A DNA stretch of 64,000 nucleotides from Octopus sinensis (Eukaryota): assembly GCF_006345805.1 (NCBI RefSeq), contig NC_042998.1:97092001-97156000 (forward strand), in the 5' to 3' direction. The notes under the pieces are model-generated. The model did no database searches and was not told where the DNA came from. It worked only from the letters and a program-made list of their open reading frames with translations. Below are positions 13,198 through 24,075 of this stretch, in pieces; the first letter of the stretch is position 1; each line of letters opens with the position of its first letter. The position numbers and the translations under genes are program-made.

Positions 13198-13432
13198 CTG
13201 ACTGGCTCCCATGCCGGTGGCACGTAAAAAGCACCATTCAAGTGTGGTTGATGCTAGTGGCATGTAAAAAAGCACCCACTACACTCTTGTTAGGAAGGGC
13301 ATCCAGCTGTAGAAACCTTGCCAGATCAGATTGGAGCCTGGTACAGCCTTCTGGTTTGCCAGTCCTCGGTCAAACCGTCCAACCCATGCCAGCATGGAAA
13401 GCGGACGTTAAATGACAATGATGATTGATGAT
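13198..13432 (+). mobile_element. RTE 3'-tail copy
   Basis: AGGAAGGGCATCCAGCTGTAGAAAC..CCAACCCATGCCAGCATGGAAAGCGGACGTTAAATGAC; roughly 85-90% identical by eye to the 3' end of 10893-11929. Confidence 0.9.
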
Positions 13433-13570
13433 CTTTCCCAAACACTAGACAGGCTATTCTGCAGCCAGGCTACTTAGATCTTGAGTGTTTTGATAGCATT
13501 TTAGTTTAGATATGATTATTTTCAGTTTTTTCAATTAAAAGTTTTTTCAGATTATACACTTTTGTGGTGT

Positions 13571-13791
13571 TTAACTCATTTGTTACCTTATTTTTGTTTC
13601 TGTTGAAATATACAACATTTGTTTCAAATAATTTTGAAAATAATGAAGGATTTAGTTAAACAACTTAGTCATTGTTAAATGTTTAGGCTGTAAATCAACA
13701 TGAAAATTTCAAGCAAGGTTTTAATTTAAAGCAGGAAGTTTGTATCCTAGAATTAGAGGTGGTCTCCGGTGGTTTATTATCAAAGGGGTAA
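13571..13791. mobile_element. TTAA-flanked MITE, family 1 (about 220 bp)
   Basis: TTAACTCATTTGTTACC...TATCAAAGGGGTAA. Related copies at about 24620-25030 (with an insertion) and 51340-53700 (split by the foldback element). Confidence 0.55.
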
Positions 13792-15054
13792 ATTCTTTGA
13801 AAATCCTTGTTCTTTGCCTACACCGTTTCTGCATTATCCAAAGCATATACTTTTATACATACTGATAAGTTGGTAAATGACTGTATATAATCATACTCTG
13901 CAGAATATAGTTTTAATACAGTAAGAAATAGTTCTAAAAGATAATTAAGGATCATTTCAAAGTAGACGACAAGCATATCATTTTTTAAAAGGAGTCAGTA
14001 ATGATCATGATGTTAAATCTTTATATGAACCAATTTACTTGGTATAAGGTTTTTGGAGTGTTATAATGAAAATTTCTGGAATATGAAAATCAGAAAATTA
14101 GTAACTGTTTGGTTATGTAATATTCAAATGGAATTGAAAACCATTTTGGCTTGGTTTGTGAAATTAGTAGATGGCAAATGTTAGATAGATTTGTTGAGAA
14201 AAAAGTGGGATGAAAGTTGAAAGAAGCTTCTTCTGAATGCTTATCTTCTGTAGAATTTTAGAATAAAAGTATATTAAAAAACTGTTAGTTTTTTAGTAAA
14301 CAGGGACTGTGTGTTAGATCCATTTTGTTTTGACAAGAAAGTGAGGCAGATAGATGACAGCAATGTAAATTTCTGGAGAGAAACCTAGCTTCTCAGCTTA
14401 GATTTGTTGTAACTGAGTTTAATTAGGATATTTTGAAGGAGGAATATAGTGTGGTTGTTGATAAAAATCTCAGCTTCCACAGATAATTATAAAAGATAAG
14501 TATCAAAGTTAACTAGCTTAATACAAGCTACGGACCTAATGTGTCCTATCTCATCTTTGTATTGAGCAACTAGTTGGCAGAATAGCATGGTGAATGAGAT
14601 AATGACAAATTTAAAAGACATATAAGGGAAGTTTTCAAGGAAATCTTATATACTGCAGCAAAGAATGCAGTGCATGTTTGGTTTTTAGAGAGCTTGCAAT
14701 GACTGATGTAACTTTTCTCTATATGAGGTGTTGTGATTAAAAATTTGATTTAGAAGTTGCACTTCCTTTGTTGGTAAAATAGCATGACTAGAGAAATACA
14801 GTGTTCAAGGGAGTTGAGAAACTGAATGTTTGAATATTGGTCTTTGAATACAAAAGAAATAATTGCTTCTTTGAAAAGTAATATGAATGATTATGAGATA
14901 AGGAGAAGGGAGAGTTAAATGATCATCTTAATATTGTGTTGTGTTTGGGGATAAAATTGTAGTAAAAGATGGTAATGTGTGTCTTTATTTAAGTTTAAAT
15001 AATATATTGTATTTGACAGCATAGAAGATGCTCTGGTATATCTTTTTATTTTAT

Positions 15055-15269
15055 TCTTTTACTTGTTTCAGTCATTTGACTGTAGCCATGCTGGAGCACT
15101 GCCTTTTTAGTCGAGCAAATTGACCCCAGGAGTTATTCTTTGTAAGCCTAGTACTTATTCTATCAGTCTCTTTTGCCGAACTGCTAAGTTACGGAGATGT
15201 AAACACACAAGCATCGGTTGTCAAGCGATGTTGGGGGGACAAACACAGACACACAAACATATACACATA

Positions 15270-15319
<50 letters not shown>

Positions 15320-15478
15320 TACGATGGGCTTCTTTCAGTTTCGTCTACCAAATCCACTCACAAGGCTTTGGTTGGCCCAAGGCTATAGTAGAAGACACTT
15401 TCTCAAGGTGCCACGCAGTGGGACTGAACCTGAAACCATGTGGTTGGTAAGCAAGCTACTTACCTCACAGCCACTCCT
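15055..15478 (-). mobile_element. Near full-length tRNA-derived SINE, tail type A, with internal (TA)n
   Basis: Reverse strand AGGAGTGGCTGTGAGG (A-box) .. GGTTCAGTCCC (B-box) .. GGAAACTGAAAGAAGCCC-like, (TA)n hinge, tail CAGTCAAATGACTGAAACAAGTAAAAGA. Confidence 0.9.
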
Positions 15479-15776
15479 ATGCCTATGTTAGATGCATCCC
15501 AATTTCAGTCACTCATATTCAGGAAGAAAAGTTTTTAGTGCATTAAAGCATAGACCTGGGATGATTTTTTTTGAGAAAATGTGTGTCTTATATGCTATCA
15601 AATATGGTAGTCAATTGGAAACACTGTCTCTTTGATGGTTCCAGTATGGATAATGCTGATTTTCTAAAATGTTATTTGCATGGGAAAATAATATTTTTGT
15701 GTGCTTTTGTATAATATAGCTTATGATTGATTAATAACAAGTAATTTATAAATTTCTCATTTTTTTTTTTCTTTAG

Positions 15777-15907
15777 AAATCTGTTGGTGAGTTAGTTAAA
15801 CAGCAGTTAATGTATGTCACCAGTGGAATGAGTGCCCGAGAAAGAAACAAAGCTCGACGGAAAGCAAGGAATTTAGCCAAACAAAGGTCAAAAGAAGCAC
15901 AGCAAAG
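15777..15907 (+). CDS. BTAF1: BTAF1 exon 6
   Basis: ctttag|AAA..AG|gtaaaa; GMSARERNKARRKARNLAKQRSKE; ends in phase 2. Confidence 0.93.
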
Positions 15908-16044
15908 GTAAAAACATTGCTTTGAAATAACTTTTGAAAGTTTAAATTATTTTAGGGAAAATAAACTATGAAATAAAATATTGTAAATGTTCTTGTACCA
16001 ATTTATTCTGTTGTTATCCTTAACAAAACTGCATAAGAGATATA

Positions 16045-17253
16045 CAGGGATTAGACAAAATAATGGAAACACCTTAAAATTTCAAACAAATTTATTTTAA
16101 TATGGAGTAGGACTGCTTTTGGTAGTAATTACAGCTTGAATTCTCCGCGATATGGACTCTTACAAAGTTTGAATTGTTTCGAAAGGAATTTTTGTCCATT
16201 CTTCAGCTAAAACAGTCTCCAGTTCTTGTAGTGATGATGGTGGAGGATATCAGCTCCTTACTTGTTTTTTTAAAGTGCACCATAAATGTTCAATAATATT
16301 GAGATCTGAGGACTGTGGTGGCCAGATAAGATGTTCAGCTTCACTAGAATGTTTCTTGTGCCATTCAGTAACTGTGTGAGTTGGTGCATTATCATCCTGA
16401 AAGATTACGTTTCCCTCCAGAAACAGTTCACAACCATAGGATGAATTTTATCAGATAAAATGCTTAAATAATTGTGCATGAAAGAAAACCACTGGGCCGG
16501 CAGATTTCCAAGATCATCACAGATCCTCCTCCATGTTTAACAGTTAAAAGAAGTCAGTCTGGGTCAAATGCTTCTTTTGGCTGTCTCCACATATATACTC
16601 AGCCGGTGGTCGGAAATAAGGTAAAGGATGACTTGTCTGAGAAAATAACATTCTTCCACTGCTCTAGGGACCAATTCTGTAGGTTTATATTCCACTCTGC
16701 TTTGCAACATTTGTTTTTGAAAGTAGTGGTTTTCTGATTGCAGCCCTCCCGTGAAATCCAACTTTGTACAGCTCCCGTTGAACAGTTTTTGTGGAAACTG
16801 GATTCTCGAGGTGGTCATTAAGCTCTGCAGTAATTTTGGGAGCTGTACTTTTGTGATCCTTTCTAACAATTCACGTAAAAGTTTTGGTTTTCTTCCAGAG
16901 TTTTGTTTCAACGAGGAGGTTTTTCCCTCTTTCTCAAAGGCTGTCATTACTTTCAAGACAGTACTTCTTGATACATCAAACATTTCGGCTGTTTTCATTA
17001 TGCTAGCGGCTGCCATACATGCACCAACAATTTGACCATTTTGAAAGTCCGATAGATCTGTCATTTTAATGAATTTTAATTACCTTTTTCTGATGATATC
17101 TGAAAAGAAACAGCAATTTTAGCAAAACATATTAAGCAACACTAATAATAAATCAAAATACATAAAAATAAACAAGCTTTTGACGGTTTTATAGATATTT
17201 CTAAATTATGATGCTATGATTTTAGGGGTTTCCATTATTTTGTCCAACCCCTG
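16045..17253 (-). mobile_element. Tc1-family DNA transposon, full length, defective
   Basis: TA|CAGGGATTAGACAAAATAATGGAAAC ... GTTTCCATTATTTTGTCCAACCCCTG|TA; about 30-bp TIRs and TA target duplication; 1209 bp. Confidence 0.95.
16097..17064 (-). pseudogene. Tc1 transposase pseudogene (DDE)
   Basis: MTDLSDFQNGQIVG..SGRKPKL (paired-like HTH), KHGGGSVMI, FQDDNAPTH, WPPQSSDLNIIEHLW, terminal TPY*; frameshifts and stops. Confidence 0.92.
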
Positions 17254-17999
17254 TAGTTTGCTAATACTAATTGATAAAAATATTAGTATTTGTAAGATAG
17301 ATTTGTTGTAAATTTGAATATTGTTGCCACTGGTATTTTAGACTTAGGCTGTATTTATGTAGCTATGAATAGGAACAGAATCTAATCCAAATTTTACATT
17401 GGTCAACCTCCTAAGCTACTACAGTATCTCTTCTTCATTACTGTATATCACTCTCTCTCTATTCAATACAGCTTTCTACACTCATACAATCTACCCAACC
17501 ACATGCCATGTTTCCCTTTCTCTCTCTTCTTCTCACATCTTCTCATTCTCCTGTCTGCTATAACATTATCATATTTCTGTTGCTCTTCACCCTCCACTCC
17601 TTTTCCTGCACTGTCAGTTATCTTTTTTCTCCCCTATCTTCCCCCAACTTGTGTATCATTGGTTATCCCTAAGTCCTACCTTGTTTGGGTAGCAGTGACA
17701 TTTCTTTGTATCTTGCACACACAATATGGCCTGCGACCAATAACTTGATGTATGAAAACCAGTGGAATAAAATACCTTTTGGAATAAAATAAGAGTTGGC
17801 ATCAGGAAGGGCACTCGGATTTAGAATAGTTCAAGAAATTTCTTCCAATGCATATGAACTCGATAAAAGTGAACATAAGAAAGAAAGAATGATGATGATG
17901 ATTCTGTAATAATTTTAGACTGTTTTTTGGTTTATGTTGTAAAAATATGTGCTGTTTGTGTAGTCTATTCTATATTGAAAAATTGATTGGTTTGTAATT

Positions 18000-18099
18000 N
18001 NNNNNNNNNNNNNNNNNNNNNNNNNNNNNNNNNNNNNNNNNNNNNNNNNNNNNNNNNNNNNNNNNNNNNNNNNNNNNNNNNNNNNNNNNNNNNNNNNNN
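18000..18099. other. Assembly gap (100 N)
   Basis: Run of exactly 100 N, the usual placeholder for a gap of unknown size. Confidence 0.99.
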
Positions 18100-19011
18100 C
18101 AGTACTATGGGTGTGACATCTTCACGGACGTACAGGGCAACCCCACCATGAGTTCTTTCCTTCCTGTCCGACCGAAAAACAGTATACTTCGGTATGTGTA
18201 TTTCTGCATCTGCTATACTGCTTGACAGGTGCGTTTCAGTCAGTGCTATGCATATTGCATGGTTGCTTGTGCTCAAGTCCCTAAGGTAAGGAATTTTACC
18301 CATATTAGTGGGTTTCACCAGACCTCTGACATTCAGCAGAAGCACTGGTGAGACACCCGGGGTGTCAATAAAGGCTGACGGTGTGGCACCTGGGCCGGCG
18401 TCAGCGGTGGCCACCCTGGGTCCCTTGACTGTGGTGGTCTTGAGTGCTGTTGTGAGTGCCCCTGCTCTGAAGACGATGTATCCAGGCCAGTTGTCCCACA
18501 ATTTTCTCTGCCATTTCCACAAAATTTCTTTGTTCTGCTGCCGCCGTCTGCATTTCCTCTGCAAATGTGCGCCTTCTCCTTTTGGGGCATTACGCACTAT
18601 GTCTGCATATTTCTGGGGCAGCTTTATTTTGTTCTGGTTTTGGTTAAGGCATTTTTGTCGAGTGGGTTTGATGCAATTTCCATAGGGCCTGGGATGAGCG
18701 AACCTGCATCCTTCCCTGTTTCTCCATGCCAGCAGGTTCCATCCGGAAGAATTTGCATGTTATCTGGGTTTTCTTGTCCCCAGTTCCTCTCTGTTTTCTC
18801 TTCCTCCGTTGGACGGTTGTCCACTGGTTCCTTTCTGCATAGGCCTTTTCATCCGGGGTGGTTATTTCTGTTTCCCCATCGCCGCCTATCTGTTGTTTGC
18901 CCTGCTTGCCTTCTTCGACTGTGGCAGTGGGCGGTCATTTTTTGACACTCTGTGGTTGGTGTTTCCTGTTTCCATCTCTCTCTCTTTGTCTTTGTCCACC
19001 TTGAGGACTTG
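18100..19011 (-). mobile_element. CR1-like LINE 5' part: ORF1 with CCCH finger, ORF2 APE endonuclease running into the gap
   Basis: LLLNVRGLV..IALTETHL..YTVFRSDRKERTHGGVALYV is an APE endonuclease N-terminus. Upstream WTTVQRRKRK and TCKFFRM-TCWHGETGK-CRFAHP. Confidence 0.88.
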
Positions 19012-19033
19012 TATGTATATATATATATATATG

Positions 19034-19064
<31 letters not shown>

Positions 19065-19232
19065 TATGTATGTATATATATATATATATATAGATATGTA
19101 TGTATATATATATATATATATATATAGTATGTATAATATAATATATATATATGTATGTATATATATATATATATATGTATGTATATATATATATATATAT
19201 ATGTATGGTAGTATATATATATATATAATATG

Positions 19233-19263
<31 letters not shown>

Positions 19264-19355
19264 ATATATATAATATATATGTATGTATATTATATATATA
19301 TGTATGTATATATATTATATATATGTATGTATATATATATATATATAATGTATGT

Positions 19356-19404
<49 letters not shown>

Positions 19405-19900
19405 ATATATATATATTAATATATTATGTATGATATATATATATATATATATATAGTGTATGTATTATATATATTATATATATGTATGTATATATATATA
19501 TAATATATATGTATGTATATATTATATATATATTATATGTATATATATATAATTATATATATTATGTATGTATATATATATATATATAATGTATGTATAT
19601 ATATATATATATATGTATGTATATATATATATATATATGTATGTAATATATATATATATATGTATGTATATATATATATAATATATGTATGTATATATAT
19701 ATATATATAATGTATGTATATATATATATATAAGTGTATGTATATATATATATATATATGTATGTATATATATATATATATATGTATGTATATTATATAT
19801 ATATATTATATGTATGTATATTATATATATTATATGTATGTTATATATATATATATATGTTGGTATATATATATATATATGTATGATATATATATGTATG

Positions 19901-19933
<33 letters not shown>

Positions 19934-20005
19934 ATATATATATATATGTATTAATATATATATATAATGTATGTATGTATATATATTATATATGTATGTA
20001 TGTAA

Positions 20006-20048
<43 letters not shown>

Positions 20049-20454
20049 GTAATATGTATATATATATATATATATGTTATATATATATATATATGTATGT
20101 ATGTATATATATATATATATATGTATGTATGTTATATATATATAAGATAATGTATGTATATAATATATATATGTAAATATTATATATATATATGTATGTA
20201 TATATATTATATATGTATGTATATATATATATAGTTGTATGTATATATATATAATATATGTATGTATATATATATATTATAATATTATATATATATTATA
20301 TGTATGTAATATATATATATATATATATGTATGTATATATATATATATATATATGTAGGTAATATATATATATATATTATGTATATATATATATAATGTA
20401 TGTATATATTATATATATATATGTATGTATAATATATATATAATATATGTATAT

Positions 20455-20486
<32 letters not shown>

Positions 20487-20785
20487 ATGTATAGATATAT
20501 ATATGTATGTAGTATATATATATATATATGTATGTATATATATTATATATATGTATGTTATATTATATATATATGTGTATATATATATATAGATATATGT
20601 ATGTATATAATATATAATATATGTATGTATATATATATATATTATATGTATGTATATATTATATATATATATGTATGTATATATATATATATATATGTAT
20701 GTAATATATATATATGTATGTAATATATATATATATATATGTATGTATATATATATATATATGTATGTTATATATATATCTTATG

Positions 20786-20816
<31 letters not shown>

Positions 20817-21348
20817 ATATATAATATATATATGTATGTATAATATATAATATATATATGTATTGTATATATATATATATATATATGTATGTTATATATA
20901 TATATCTATATATGTATATATATATATATATATAATATATATATCTATATATATATTATGTATGTATATATATATGTATGTATATATATATGTATGTATA
21001 TATATATGTATGTATATATATATGTATGTATATATATATGATGTATATTATGTATGTATATATATATGTATGTATATATATTGTATGTATATATATATGT
21101 ATGTATATAATATGTATGTATATATATATGTATGTATATATATATGTATGTATATATATATATGTATGTATATATATATGTATGTATATATATATGTATA
21201 TATATTTTATATATATATGTATGTATATATATGTATATATATATGTATGTTATATATATATGTATATATATATGTATGTATATATATATGTATGTATATA
21301 TATATGTATGTATATATATATGTGTATGTATAATATATAATATGTATG

Positions 21349-21388
<40 letters not shown>

Positions 21389-21517
21389 ATATATAATATA
21401 TATGTATGTATATATATTGTATGTATATATATATGTATGTATATATATATGTATGTATATATATAATGTATGTATATATATATATATGTATGTATATATA
21501 TATATATATATGTATAT

Positions 21518-21551
<34 letters not shown>

Positions 21552-21572
21552 TGTGGTATATATATATATATA
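19012..21572. repeat. 2.56-kb (TA)n/(TATG)n compound microsatellite
   Basis: Almost pure A/T dinucleotide with periodic TATGTATG. Confidence 0.98.
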
Positions 21573-22588
21573 TATGCTGCTGCTGAACGAGGATAAATTT
21601 GAGCTAATCCACTTTGGAAAAGAGGATGCCCTGAAACTCCCATACTCCCTTCCTTCAGGTGAAACTCTCGCGGCGTCCAACAACATCAGAGACTTGGGAG
21701 TAATTGTGGACAACAACATAAGCTGGGCCACTCATATAAACACCTATGCTGCTGAACGAAGATAAATTTGAGCTAATCCACTTTGGAAAAGAGGATGCCC
21801 TGAAACTCCCATACTCCCTTCCTTCAGGTGAAACTCTCGCGGCCTCCAACAACATCAGAGACTTGGGAGTAATTGTGGACAACAACATAAGCTGGGCCAC
21901 TCATATAAACACCAAAGTTGACATGGCCCGCAGAATGTGTTCCTGGATTCTCAGAACTTTCCAGTTGAGAGATATCCACACCATTATCCTTCTCTTCTCC
22001 ACTTTTGCCCGACCCCACCTTGAATACTGTTGTCCACTGTGGTCTCCCCACACAATACAAGGTATCATAAAAGTTGAAGCACCTCAAAGGGCAATCACAA
22101 AAAAGATAGATGGCATGACAGGGTCGACTAGAAAAGCTAAAACTCTATTCTCTCCAACGTCGTCGTGAGCGCTACATCATCTGCATGATGTGGAAAATAT
22201 TCCATCAGCATTGCCCAAATGATGTTGGCATCACCTTCAAGGTACATCCAAGGCTTGGGCCCCGTGCCATCCGCCCAAAACAAAAATCGCACTCTCATCT
22301 CATAACAACAATACGGCACAATTATTTCACCTCAATTGGCCCCGCTCTCTTTAACATTACACCAAAACACATTAAAACAGAAACTGACCCTATAGGGTTC
22401 AAGAAGTCTTTGGACAGATTCCTTCAAATCCCTCCCGGATAAACCCCCTACACCGGATATGTCTCTGTAAACAATAACTCTCTACTTGAGTGGGCCATAG
22501 TGCCCAAATTCTGACTTGAAAGACTTCACCAGGTGGTGCTATTAAGTTAGACATGGCCTGGGCCAATAATGGCCGAAACCTATCAAAG
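21573..22588 (+). mobile_element. CR1-like LINE 3' part (RT C-terminus, 3'UTR), first ~170 bp duplicated
   Basis: [62 protein letters not shown], then GGCCGAAACCTATCAAAG directly into (TA)n. Confidence 0.9.
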
Positions 22589-22598
22589 TATATATATG

Positions 22599-22689
<91 letters not shown>

Positions 22690-23034
22690 TATGTATGTAT
22701 ATATATATATATGTATGTATATTATATATAATATGTATATATATATATATGTATAATATATATAATATTATGTATATATATATATTATGTATGTATATAT
22801 ATATGTATGTATATATATATATGTATGTATATATATATGTATGTATATTATATATATGTATGTATATATATATATATGTATGTATATATATATATATGTA
22901 TGTATATATATATATGTATGTATATATATATATATGTATGTATATATATATATATTATGTATATATTATATATGTATGTATATATATATATATGTATGTA
23001 TATATATATATGTATGTATATATATATATGTATG

Positions 23035-23069
<35 letters not shown>

Positions 23070-23466
23070 GTATGTATATATATATGTATGTATATATATA
23101 TGTATGTATGTATATATATATGTATGTATGTATATATATATGTATGTATGTATATATATATGTATGTATATATATATATATGTATGTATATATATATATA
23201 TGTATGTATATATATATATATGTATGTATATATATATATATGTATGTATATATATATATGTATGTTATATATATATATGTATGTATATATATTATATGTA
23301 TGTATATATATATGTATGTATATATATATATGTATATATATATATGTATGTATATGTATATATATATATGTATATATATATATGTATATATATGTATGTA
23401 TGTATATATATATGTATATATATATATGTATATATATGTATGTATGTATATATATATATATATATG

Positions 23467-23555
<89 letters not shown>

Positions 23556-23556
23556 G

Positions 23557-23603
<47 letters not shown>

Positions 23604-23618
23604 GTATGTATATATATG

Positions 23619-23649
<31 letters not shown>

Positions 23650-23685
23650 GTATATATATGTATGTATATGTATATATATGTGTAT
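22589..23685. repeat. 1.1-kb (TA)n/(TATG)n compound microsatellite
   Basis: Direct reading; starts at the LINE 3' end. Confidence 0.98.
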
Positions 23686-23898
23686 CTATGCATCTCACTA
23701 AAGTTGTTTAATTCCTTTTGGTTAGTGACCTGACCTTCTTAAACATGTATGTTTCACATAATGAAAAAGTGAAAATTGGTTCTTTATTGCTTCTTTTATG
23801 TAATCAGTAGTTATAAAATAATGTTGGTATAAATGTATAGTTTAGATAAAATAACTGATTACTTTGTCATTTTAATAAAGTGTGACATTCTTTTATAG

Positions 23899-24075
23899 GT
23901 TGTGGCACCAGTTAGGGAAACCTGTGCACAAACACTTGGAGTTGTTATTAATTTGCTTGACTCTGATGGTGTGCACAGTGTTGTTTCCGCTTTGTTGGCT
24001 CTTTTGGCACAGTCCCAGTGGGAAGTGCGACATGGCGGACTCCTTGGGCTAAAGTATCTGTTAGCTGTCAGGAAG
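23899..24075 (+). CDS. BTAF1: BTAF1 visible exon 7 (one or more exons missing upstream)
   Basis: atag|GTT..AAG|gtaatc; VVAPVRETCAQTLG..QWEVRHGGLLGLKYLLAVRK. Confidence 0.96.

Noticed and set aside
15400-15478. tRNA-like A/B boxes as real tRNA genes (also 27425, 44967, 53020)
   Set aside because: No complete cloverleaf, and each continues into SINE body sequence.
19012-23685. Idea that intronic TATA arrays are an autoregulatory TBP sink for BTAF1
   Set aside because: Attractive, because Mot1/BTAF1 removes TBP from AT-rich DNA, but such arrays are common in this genome and here are explained by LINE association. Nothing in the sequence supports function.
18952-23733. Many long I/Y/M/C/V- or I/Y/T/H-rich ORFs
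   Set aside because: They are translations of (TA)n/(TATG)n arrays, which lack stop codons in some frames.
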